A stretch of 63,988 bases of DNA, the filler included, from Licmophora abbreviata (lineage: Eukaryota): the NCBI GenBank assembly GCA_900291995.1. It is 11 parts of 11 records of this genome, joined end to end, with 100 filler letters (N's around TTAATTAATTAA, not from the genome) between each part and the next. Parts side by side here need not be neighbours in the genome. Positions count along the whole stretch, not along the records: positions 39,726 to 43,674 come from OLMU01005367.1; positions 43,775 to 51,063 come from OLMU01005368.1; positions 51,164 to 63,988 come from OLMU01005370.1; 8 more parts are not named here. One strand, 5' to 3'. A model generated the notes under the pieces. The model ran no database searches. It was not told where the DNA came from and saw only the letters and a program-made list of their open reading frames with translations. A program made the translations under genes and the position numbers. Shown piece by piece: positions 43,377 to 54,015 of this stretch. Position 1 is the stretch's first letter, and the number at the start of each line of letters is the position of its first letter.

Positions 43377-43802
43377 CTAGGGACAACAAGACGCACTGAT
43401 GAGGTCGCATCGCTCAAAGACGATCGGCGCCGTCGGACAGAAAGGGGACTCTATTTTATCCTATAGTATTTCAAAGTATTGTATGCATACACAGCCCTTT
43501 TAAGTCATACCGTACAGGAGGAAGTATTGATAGCGCGGCCAGCAGATTCAAGTTCGATCAAGAAAATGGTTCTCTTGGGAGTGTCGCCGCGTTCGCATTC
43601 ACACGACAAAAGTTGAAAGTCCCTCGCGTGCTCTCTACCACCAGTAGTTGACGCTGATACTAGTGCTCAAGGATNNNNNNNNNNNNNNNNNNNNNNNNNN
43701 NNNNNNNNNNNNNNNNNNTTAATTAATTAANNNNNNNNNNNNNNNNNNNNNNNNNNNNNNNNNNNNNNNNNNNNCAAAAGTTGAAAGTCCCTCGCGTGCT
43801 CT

Positions 43803-46800
43803 CTACCACCAGTAGTTGACGCTGATACTAGTGCTCAAGGATCGCACATAGTGCCACATGCCGGACGGTAGGAACAGCGCATCGCCTGGTCCGAGCAAAG
43901 TCTCTTGGTATTTCGCTACCTTGGCCAAGGGATGCAAGTTGTAGTCTTCTCTTTCGCAGTCAACGGCACTCATATTGTTCTGAGCGGCGTACGAGGATCT
44001 CTTATGGTCCGTTCCGCCTCGAATCACGTACAGATTTTTCGATTCGGAGGCGCCGTAGACACGCACGTACTTGTATCCCAATATCTGGACCAACATATTG
44101 TCGTAACTATCGAAATGAAGAGGTGTGCGAGTCCCGCCGGTCCCAATCCAGACGTTGCGATGCAAACAGTGGCCATTGCAAAGCAGAGGAGACTCCAATA
44201 CGTCACTAGACAGGCCAGTAAACTGATCGAGTAGAGGGTGCTGTGCGAGGTAGGCCACGTGTGATGCTGCCAGCTGTGTCGCATCTTGCAACGACCAACG
44301 CGAGCGCCGACAGCTGGGGACCAAATACAACGAGACAAACGAGCGAAACGTCATGAGACATTCCTTCATCCCATCCTTTTCGGTGCTACCCATCATGGAA
44401 CCTAGCTCGATTGGAACTAGCCGGTGTCCGTATAGTCGGACGAGGTTGGTGAAGTCCCTGTAGCAGGAGAGAGTGAGGCAGGTCAGCGACGGGGAGTACT
44501 GAGTACCGACGACGTAGACATGATCGTTTAAACATAAAGAAAGACATGCCGATGGACTCACCGCCATTTGGATATAGCAGGCCATCCATCTGCCATATTT
44601 CTGATCACAACTGGCTCTCCTCGGTCGAAAAAGTTGGAGTTGAACTCATCGGTGTCCATCGCGGCATGGCATTCTGCGATGGGATACTCAATCGCACTTG
44701 ACCAGTCCCTGTTTTGAACACTTTCTGCGGTGGGATGCATCAATTCTGAGCCATTATCGATAACAGGTCGACAGGGACCACAGGAGGCCTGCCACGCACA
44801 ACGTTCGACGTAGTCGCAGAAGTCTCGAACTTTGTCGCGAGGCATTCCGAGAACAACGGCCTTGTCGATCATATTCTGTGCGAGAAGAAAGCTCCCAACG
44901 TGAGCGTAATACAAGGCACTGGTGAATGCACCGCAGCCATAAGCTTCCCGGTAAGAGGTGGTCTCCCACGAAGCATTCTTCTCTAGCTTTGCAAAGAGGT
45001 GCTTTTCCAGCAAGCAGCCAGCTTGCTTACAGAGGTCAAACCTCGAGCTTCGAGCGGCTTGAACGCATCTCTTTAGCATGTCGATGGTTTCGCAATCTTC
45101 CTGAATGTTATCTAGCGCACCCGATCCGATCTGTATGACAAACGCTCTCGCGATTGCCAGCATGCGAATCGGTATCGCGCCGACGGGATTTTCATTCGTG
45201 TCGACGTTCAAAGCCTGCAAGCGGCACTGGAGTGACGCCTCGGCGTCCATTTCACTACCGCCACTAGAAAGACTGTCCGAATCTTCGTCGTCCTCGCTTC
45301 CGCCGAATAGATCATCAATCTCGTCACGAACATTGTTATCGGAGGATTCATCAGCTGGAAAGTCACATTCCCTGATGCACTTTGAGCACGTGCATTCGAA
45401 ACCGTAGTTTCGCAACGCAGCCTGTCGCACCGCAAGAGGCTCATCCGACGCAATGTAACTAATACAGAGTTCCTCACTAGGCTCAATGTCCCGTAGCGCG
45501 ATACAGTGTATCGTCAATGGTGCTCCCCGGTCTACTATTGGTCGATACAACGCTACCACATTGGGATCGCATGAATGATTCATTTTGCATGTAGTTCGGT
45601 ACATAGCGGTGCCGTCCAGCGGAGGAAACAGACGATCCAAGTCGTCGCCTCTATCGTCATGCCCCAGCTCGTCCATATTAAGGCCACACAGAAAGGCTGT
45701 GATCTCCTCGTCAGTATAATCCGAGTCACCGTCGCAGATGCGAGCCTCCATACCAGTGTTCAACGTCGCGTCGGCCTCTTGCTCGCCAGTGTCTGATTCG
45801 TCACATCGACTGGCATCATCCTCGTCTTTCCCAACCATTCCTGCTCGTTCCAGACACTTAATAATATCATTTCGATGGCGATATCGCCAGTCCCTGTCAA
45901 ATATCTCTCGACTCAACGGATTTCTTTGTCGAATGCCAATGGCGTTCTGTTCAAACGACCCAATCACTCTTGCGAATGTCAGTTGCGTACAGAGTCGATC
46001 AATGAGACTCTGGTTGCCTTCAGACTGCACTATGAGTGCATGTTGCTTCCATGCCCGTCTCAGGTAGCTGGAAGATTCCTCACAGAGTCGTCGCAGGATG
46101 GTGTCCAACTGCTCGGCCTCGGTAATGCCAGCGGGGCTCGTCAACACGGGTGCAGTTGCCACGTCCCACCAAGGATTCGACAGAAAGTCCCAGTGGCGTT
46201 GCAGTAGCGAACTTTCGTCGAAGATCTTATCATTGTTTCTCTCATTAACACTAGTTCGCCTTGCATGCATCCTTTCCTCGACCAGTATCTGTGAAAGGAC
46301 ATCGGCAACCGCCAAGAAGATTTCATTGTTCTGGATGGCATGCATCTTGAACTGTAGCAGTGGATGCATCGAATCTGACTGCGATATCTCGCCAGTACAA
46401 AGTAACGAATGAGTCTGCCAGTGATCCTGTTCGCACTCCGGACTACAGTAGATCTCCCCACAGTCGTTTCGACAAGGGACACGCGTCGAGGAGCCACAAT
46501 TGCCACCTACATTCGCCTTGTCGTTTTCTTCCCAAAGGTGACTTCGGTTGATACTCCCAGCAGCCAGTTTGATACTCAGACTTCTGCTCCTGACAAACGC
46601 TCGACAGTAACGACATACAAGCGTGCCAGACTGCACATTGTCGAGCGACTGGAGAGATATAGCTGGGCGCTCAACGAAAATCACGGCATGTTTGCTGATG
46701 CGCTGTACGGCGACCAAATGCCGGCCTTTCTCATCGTCTATTCTGTGCTCAAACAGCTGAGGAGTAGAGGAGGGTGCGGAAGGACGAGAAACAAGGGTAG

Positions 46801-46855
46801 AGTGAGAAAATTGGTCTTGAATGGCCGAAACGCCCCCTTCGTCCGGCCTCATCAT
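43803..46855 (-). CDS. SET-MYND (SMYD-like) methyltransferase fused to a JmjC (JMJD5/KDM8-like) domain (exons 46855-44562, 44457-43803; ~982 aa)
   Basis: KGRHLVA, MYND finger CRYC..C..C..YCSPEC..H..HSLLC, MNHSCDPN, ELCISY, YGFECTCSKC; then PVVIRNMADGWPAISKWR|DF, YLAQHPL, TPLHFDSYDN, GYK, WHYVRSL, SISVNYWW. Confidence 0.9.
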
Positions 46856-47174
46856 GGTTCATCGGTGTTTCAAGTTTCACGCCCAGTTTCGAAAGAAGTT
46901 GTTGAGTGGCGCTCAAGCAACGTCTGCCATGCCTGATGCCCGGGACTGTCAGTCACACTTGTAACACAACGTCATCATACATGACTGAAGACGCGAGCTC
47001 CGGGTTTTGGTCATGCCAGACTTATTCGCCAGACAGAAGGCCGACAGTCATTCTTACACGAATAGTCAGAGACACAACAGGCCCATAGGACATTCTAGTC
47101 ATATAAAAAAGCAGTCACATTGCCACACTTTTTCCCGTGGCTCAAGAAAGCAGAAAAGAGACGAAAGACCAACC

Positions 47175-50100
47175 ATGACGGGGCAACGCCACCACATTCG
47201 GCGACCTCATCACACTAAGGGCTCTTTCGCGTCAAAGATCCAAGCTCGTAGGCTCTTAGAGATTGATGAACTGGTAAAGACAGACTTGGAGGCGCAGAGT
47301 ACGGCCGGAAGTCGACGTCATGGGCGGAGGGGCTCAGACGGCTTTTCCGTCCGAAGTCGACAAGCGAGTTCTTCGGGTAGCAGAGAAGGACAACAGTTAC
47401 TGTACGCCTCCAAGCATGCCAAAAGACGGAGACAGCGTGTGGCAAAGAAAACCAGCGCACGCCATGGACGTGTGAGATTGAATGACTCGTCGATTCAGCA
47501 ACGGAAGAGGTTTACTCTTGCAGCTTTTGGACTTGCCATGGTGCTATGTCTTGTTGACGACATGAGGTTTGCCAAGGTCCTCTACGGCTTTGGTCGCCGC
47601 TTGTGTGGCATAAACGAAGTAATAGACCGAGACAGCTTCACAGGATACTGGGAGAACAAGCAAGAGCCGGTCTATACCTACATTTCCAGTCCTCGTGAGT
47701 TGAACGAGCCCGACATCAGCAGTGAAGTGGCTGTGGCGTATGCTGTCACACTTCGAAGTTGCCCCGAAAATCTCAATGGCTGTCATCATGATCCCGGTCA
47801 TGCCTTCTACGAGGCCTCGGCGGTGCTACAGCACCACATTTGCGGGGCACATCAAGGGACGAGTGGCAGGTACGACGACTGCGTGTTTTATGCATTGGTT
47901 CATAGAGAGGCAATATACTGCATGACACCCAGCGGAGAGCGATATGACCGCGTCCAGATCCTTGAAGACCTTGGATACTTTGTAAAGATTTGGGGAGCGC
48001 CAATGGCACGCTCTGACTTTCAGTCGAATTTCCTGCAGACGTACATCGAAAACGATGCCGGGGTCAATGACTACACTGTTCTCAATGCCTGGCGTCTTCA
48101 GCTTCATGACATTATTGTGCTGGTCGACTTTTCGACGCTCATGCTCAACCGACCAGATGAGCTGTACGACGAGTTTGTAGCCAACACAACTCTTAAGGCC
48201 ATGTACACTCGAGATTACGCAAAGACTATATCGAATAGCGCCAATATGGGGATCAATCCTGGATTCTTTCTACTGAAGCCTTCCAACGACACCTTTTACG
48301 ATCTAAATGCGTTGATCACATCAAGTTCGTACGATCATATTAATGGCTGGGAAGGGAGCGGAGTGACAGGTTTTGACTGTGCAATGGGATCGAGAGGCGC
48401 CTTGACGTACACGTACGGTGTGCTGAACCAGTCGGAAGCTAGAGAGATCGATCGATGCTTGTACGGGAATGCCAACGAAGATCCCATTGACGAGGACTCT
48501 GGAAGCTGCCGAGACGGGACAGGTCTTGCCCCCTGCGAAGAGGACTGCCGCAACATGAATTCATCTAACATATTCGTGGCCAACCCGCGCATAGTATGCG
48601 GAGAGCCATGGGACTGCTACTATGACGACGAGTGGGACAATGTAACCAAACCGCTATGCGAGGAGTATCATCGGACATGGTACCAGCACCGATTGGATTT
48701 TGAGGATGCGTATATGATTCTACCATCCATACGAAATGGAACGTACCATGACGATATATTCCTTGGGTATTGCAGCGAGAAAGGTTGGCGAGGCTATGAA
48801 ATGATGCTTCCAGACAATGGAGAGTGTGTCGAAGGCGAAACCGTAACCTCAGAAACCACTCAGGAAGTGCAAGAACTAACTCAAGGATTGTCGATTACGG
48901 CTGGTCAGTGGAGTGGAAACGAAATGACTTGTATCAGTGGCTTTGTTAGCACTCCGAACTTCCCACTGGCGGAGCATCTGGTCAGATTTCAGGTAACAGT
49001 GAATGGGGTTTTGCAGGAAGGGACCAACGAGACAGCAGTGCAATTTAACTCCAGTGGCTTCTTTTGGAATGACGTTGTAGTCTCGGGACTCGATTCAGCT
49101 TTCGGGTCGAGCAACGTCGTAAACGTGACGGCAGAGATCGGTCAGGACACTTCTCCCGAGGGGCCGAACTATCATTACATTCTCAGTGTTGAGGTCGTCG
49201 TGTACGGGAGCGTGACCAACATGATGTACCCCAGCGCATCCCCAAGTACCGCGCCGAGTGGTAGTGTCGCTCCAAGCATTGCCCCCAGTGGATCCCCGAC
49301 GCATCTAACAAGTGCCACGCCGAGTCAAAGTCCAGCGCCCAGCGCTACTCCAAGCTCAGGGCCGAGTCAAAGCGCTGCGCCTAGCCTCGCCCCAAGTAAA
49401 AGCTCGGCTCCAACCACGTTCGGTATGTTAGCAATTTGCTTCTCTGCAACAATCGATCGATTGCAAGCTAACTTTTCTCCCGTTTTACTTCTTTCTTGGG
49501 TGATCTCAGTCTCGTATGGGCTTCAGCCGCAATGTAATAATTCCGACAGTGATGCCTTCGTAATGTGCCTTGACCTCAGATCTACAACTGGACAAGTAGA
49601 GGATTGGATGGATCACTTCGCAAGCGCGAGGCATTTCTACGAATCGATCATTGTTGGCGATCTAGAAGATACGCCAGTTGACGGGCTCGAGCATGCACCG
49701 GCTTGTGAAGGGGGCTACCCTGATACTGTCGATGATGTATATATTTGTGGAAGTGACGCAGTACTGGACGGGGCGGGCGGCGATGTCAACGTGCTCGGTA
49801 CTGCAGGCCCATACTGGCTAAGAAGAAGCGGAACTAACAATATCACCGGAGACAACTACTATACTGCCCTAACAGGGTCCATGACGTTTGATACATACGA
49901 TGTAGCTCAAATGATTTCCGAGGGATCGTTTCAAAGCGTTGTCCGACACGAAATGGTAAGTCAAAGATTGGCAGAAAGTTAAGCTTGCTTTTGTTGCTAT
50001 CAGGTTCTGCTCTCACGCTTTCGGTAAATTGATCTCGTCCTCCATCCTCGGCAGGGACACGTACTGGGTTTGGGTACCCTGTGGGGGTTGAACGGGCTCT

Positions 50101-50737
50101 ACAACTCAACGACCTCTCCTGGCGTCTACACCTCGGGAACCAAGGCCGAAGAAGCGTGGCACAATCTTGGATGCACGGGCACGCTTCCTGTAGAGACAAA
50201 CTTTGGAGAAGGAACCGCTCACCGCCACTGGGATGAAGCATGCTGTACGTATTGTCTCATGTGTGATCAGGACTGTCGAGTAAGGTGCGCGTGGAGTGTT
50301 CTGACCCAGTGCAACTTTTCTTTTGAAAAACAGTGGATAGAGAAACAATGACTGGGTTCGCTGACCCTAACATGGCCTTCTCTCTCGTTTCGATATGTGC
50401 GCTGGAGGATCTAGGATACACCGTCGATCATAGCCAAGCCGACAATTATACGATTGACGATCTGGGAGAGTGCGGAAGTCACTGTCCTGCTGCTTCGGGA
50501 TCAAACCGTAGAGCGCAACAGAAGCCGCAGTCACGGCGCCGATTGCCGAGTACATGGCAAGGAGAGACGGAGGTCAAGAACTTTGCCAAAGCGCACCTTC
50601 AGCAAAGACGAGCGATCGGCGCACAGTCGACGGTTCCAGAGGGGACATTGTTCGTAGGAGGCGACTACGTTGACGTTCTCTATAGAGAAAATGGCGACAT
50701 TCGCGTGGTAGGGCTTGCCTGGGAAGAAGTTCAGTAG
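47175..50737 (+). CDS. Type II membrane fusion protein: GT8-like domain + beta-rich domain + Pro/Ser stalk + M8 (leishmanolysin-like) zinc metallopeptidase (exons 47175-49422, 49510-49955, 50055-50244, 50334-50737; ~1095 aa)
   Basis: TM FTLAAFGLAMVLCLV; GT8-like AYAV, LNAWRL..HDIIVLVD, INPGFFLLKP; PSxxPS repeats; LGTAGP, HEM|GHVLGLGTLW, HWDEACLDRETMTG, ALEDLGYTVD. The spliced length is divisible by 3. Confidence 0.8.
49230..49419 (+). repeat. Coding tandem PSxxPS (Pro/Ser/Ala/Thr) repeats forming a stalk
   Basis: PSASPSTAPSGSVAPSIAPSGSPT...PSQSAAPSLAPSKSSAPT. Confidence 0.85.
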
Positions 50738-51488
50738 CCGTGCTACAGCGTCGTATACTTATGTATGTAGTGGAAGGCTAGTCATTGACATTTGATCGTC
50801 GTCCTGGCTTGTAGCAGTCGCGGAATGTATGATTCTGTCGAAGTGGCACCACCAGTGGAAAGGAAGGCTTCTCGCACGCTTTTGCATTGACTAGAAATAA
50901 GATCTACATGTAGAACCGAGAATCCGTCCAGCACGTTCAGCATCCAGCGAGTCGAGTCAAAGCTGGAAGAAATCGTGCCGGCACGAAGCAGCCTACCTGG
51001 ATTTCATCATAGTCCATGCTCATTAGAAATCAACGGTGAGAAGACTCAAATGTTAAACAATCANNNNNNNNNNNNNNNNNNNNNNNNNNNNNNNNNNNNN
51101 NNNNNNNTTAATTAATTAANNNNNNNNNNNNNNNNNNNNNNNNNNNNNNNNNNNNNNNNNNNNTGACGCCGAACGTCGAGGCCTGTATATTGATGACCAG
51201 TGAAGAAGAAGATAGAGACAATCGAATCGTATGCTCGACGCGGTGGTCGTCAATACATCAAATATCATACAATAGCCAAGAGCCGAAACAAATTTGTGAG
51301 CAGTCAGGGTGCGCACCCACCGTAGAATGCGTAGAAATTGTACTGAGACACCCAAACTTCGCACAAAATCAAAACATCAGCCGGCGACGTCTCGCTGTGG
51401 CCTTTCCATTGCATTGCCACCATACCGGTACCGGTATCCATCACCTTTTCCTCTCTCTTGTTCCCTTTGTCATTGCAAACATCACACA

Positions 51489-52112
51489 ATGATTCCTCAT
51501 CCAAACATCCCATTGCTGGAAATTCGTACGTTGGACATCTGGCTGCTCCTGGGCACGGGCGTGATTCTCGAGCTCGCGACTCGCACCGCCACGGGCTTCG
51601 CTAAGCTGCCAACCAAAGAGCAGGCCATCCTGCAGCGCGATTTGAAGCTTCTACAATACGAAACGACTCAGAAACGTCGTCTGGGACCGTCGGCCTTTGT
51701 GGAAACTTCCAAGCTGGAACGCAAAGTGCTGGGGCACGAAAAGGACATTGAGCGGCTACAAGAGGAGCGAACCAAACGTATCAAGGATGTCGCCAAGGTC
51801 GTCCGCAATGGCAGTCTCTTGCTATACTTTTTGGTTTTCTTATTGTACTATGGAATTCCCATTATTTCACTGGATGGATTCAAGATTATCAGTGACAATC
51901 CTCTCGATAGCGAAGAGTTGACGGCCCATGATCGAGCGACGCATTTTTTGCAAGGATTCATGTTTCCCATTTCCTACGTCGGAATGGGAGTTAAGATTGC
52001 CAGGTTTGGAGTTCCGAATCCTACGAGTAGTATTGGAGCACTTGTGGTCTTGTGGTCCAGTCAGGTGACGGTCGGAAAAATTCTGGACTGTGTCGAGGCC
52101 ATTGCCGCATAA
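51489..52112 (+). CDS. GET1/WRB-like membrane protein (tail-anchored protein insertase receptor)
   Basis: TM1, cytosolic coiled coil (LQRDLKLLQ...AFVETSKLERKV...IERLQEER), then TM2 and TM3: GET1 topology. Confidence 0.6.
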   Translation: MIPHPNIPLLEIRTLDIWLLLGTGVILELATRTATGFAKLPTKEQAILQRDLKLLQYETTQKRRLGPSAFVETSKLERKVLGHEKDIERLQEERTKRIKDVAKVVRNGSLLLYFLVFLLYYGIPIISLDGFKIISDNPLDSEELTAHDRATHFLQGFMFPISYVGMGVKIARFGVPNPTSSIGALVVLWSSQVTVGKILDCVEAIAA

Positions 52113-52150
52113 TTCGAATCGACAAAAGAGAGAGCAAGTATGCTTTTCAG

Positions 52151-53365
52151 TTAGCACGGTGTTCTACCTACTTGTACGATCTTCGTCTTGGTGACATCGT
52201 TTCGCTTCTTCGTTGCTACATTGCTTCTCCAGTACTCCTCCGGATAGTCTAGTTCCAGAGTGACAGACTCAGTCGGCGTCAAACAATTCGTCGCTCGAAT
52301 CACAGGTCGGACCTGCAGTCTCGCATCGAAATTGGTCCACACACGGCGTAGCAATCCTTCCGTCACCCAGACACAGTTGCTAACATCCAGAACTCGCAAA
52401 CGGGGAAGTATCTCATGTAGCTGTACCATCACATCTGGTCCAGAATCATAACCAAGAGACTGCGAAAGCGACAGGTGAGATAGCAGAGGACACTTTTGCA
52501 GCAACGTAAAAATGGCATCTCCCGACACGTGAAGCAAACTCCCAAGTTCGATGCGTTCCAGTGGAAGACAAGCCTGCCACAATGGAAAGTCATCCAGTAG
52601 TAAAGTTCTATTCGCAGGTTTGGAGGGATCGTCATAGTGTTCCCACGAGTCGGGCACGTGCGGTCGAAGCCAGTGTTGAGTATTGGAGGGCCTTAGGTTG
52701 AGTATTCCTTCGTCTCGAATAACAGCGTCCTCGTCCAACATCCGACTTGCACCACTGCCACCATTGGAGTGCCCCCAGATCGAGAGTCGCTTGACGTGAA
52801 CATGATGACATACGACAAAAACTAGGTCGTTGGATATCGAGTAGTCTTGTTGCGACATGAGTACGGACATGTCGGTCAGAATTGGACCTGGCAGGAGCGA
52901 CAACAACTCATGCAGCTGGTCGCGACCGAGCGATTCCAGATAATCGGGCAACGCCGGAACAAGCGATTGCAAGCAAAGTGAAACCAGAGAAGGAATACCC
53001 GGTTGAGAGTCGGCGTAGCCGTGTACTTGTCTATTTTCCTCCCAGAACACCAGGTCTCCCGGCGAGTGCATCTGTGAAGACGGACACGAGGAACACTGCT
53101 GTTGCTGCGTTCGCCTTCGTTCTGTCTGACATTCAATTCGATCGCGATATTCTCGTTCTTGGAGAAGTCCTCGCAACTGCATTAGATGCGTGAGCTTGGG
53201 TCGTTCCTTGATACTGGCGTGCGGTGTGTTGTTGGCGTTTTGGTGTTGTTTTCGTCGCCGTCGTAGCGGTACTTCTGCCGCTCGTGTTTGCCATTCCGCC
53301 ATGAAGGCAGCTTGAAGCTTCTTGGAGCCAAACGATCCCGCCTGTCGGCCTTTTCCTTTCCCCAT
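52151..53365 (-). CDS. RNI-like leucine-rich repeat protein with basic N-terminus; paralog of 58103-58891
   Basis: IPSLVSLCLQSL, LERIEL, CPLLSHLSLS and LPRLRVLDVSNCVWVTE. Confidence 0.7.
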   Translation of the reverse strand: MGKGKGRQAGSFGSKKLQAAFMAEWQTRAAEVPLRRRRKQHQNANNTPHASIKERPKLTHLMQLRGLLQEREYRDRIECQTERRRTQQQQCSSCPSSQMHSPGDLVFWEENRQVHGYADSQPGIPSLVSLCLQSLVPALPDYLESLGRDQLHELLSLLPGPILTDMSVLMSQQDYSISNDLVFVVCHHVHVKRLSIWGHSNGGSGASRMLDEDAVIRDEGILNLRPSNTQHWLRPHVPDSWEHYDDPSKPANRTLLLDDFPLWQACLPLERIELGSLLHVSGDAIFTLLQKCPLLSHLSLSQSLGYDSGPDVMVQLHEILPRLRVLDVSNCVWVTEGLLRRVWTNFDARLQVRPVIRATNCLTPTESVTLELDYPEEYWRSNVATKKRNDVTKTKIVQVGRTPC

Positions 53366-54015
53366 GATGACGATGAAGCTGAGAGAGAGCAAGAATGAAT
53401 CAATCGAGTCTTGATTTTGGGGGGCGAATTATGTTTCGCTCAAGTTGTAATTTCTCTCTAATCTCTGGACTTCTGTCTTGGTCCCTAGCTCGATCTTCTA
53501 CGGGTTTTAAATGTAGACTTCAGCTTGCCCCTCACAATTTTCAAGCGATCATGAACGAAGCCAGTGATTCGCATGTAGACCTAGGAAAATCTCATGGTGA
53601 GTTTCTTGTATCGGCGTTCGGCGTTTGGTGTCGGCGATGCAGCGCCAAACGTCGCTCCAGACTGTGTTTTCCCTGCCAAAGAGCTCGCACTGTCAGTTCG
53701 CCATAGTGACGTATATGACGTTTTGTACTCTAGTCAACAGACACAAGAGATACTTTTTGCAGCGCCAGGCGTAGCATTGTAGAGCGAGTCAACCATACAT
53801 TTTCGGAGAGTGGCAGATCACAAAGACTCACAAAGTGCGATTTGGTTCTGCCTGCGCGCCGCCGGCAAAACCGCAAAACATCACTTTCTTTCAAACTTCC
53901 CGCAAAGCGCCTTGACTTGAGAAGAAGTACCGGTACAGGTTCACTTCAACTGCGGTGGCTGTGTGATTCATTCTATTGAAGCGTCGTAACTGCTTTGTTC
54001 TCGTACACATTTTAA

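Noticed and set aside
43607..43842. Apparent duplication of the JmjC 3' end
   Set aside because: Exact 68-bp contig overlap across a spacer; an assembly artefact.
44558..44560. TGA ending the SET ORF as a possible selenocysteine or readthrough codon
   Set aside because: It lies within the GTGAGT donor of a canonical intron, so splicing explains the continuation.
43803..50737. The two adjacent, divergent fusion genes as one functional system
   Set aside because: They imply different compartments (nuclear/cytosolic versus secretory), and head-to-head spacing is routine in this compact genome. There is no evidence of linkage.
1121..51163. Recurrent TTAATTAATTAA flanked by Ns, resembling a repeat family or array
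   Set aside because: It is a fixed 100-nt artificial scaffolding linker with six-frame stops, not biological sequence.
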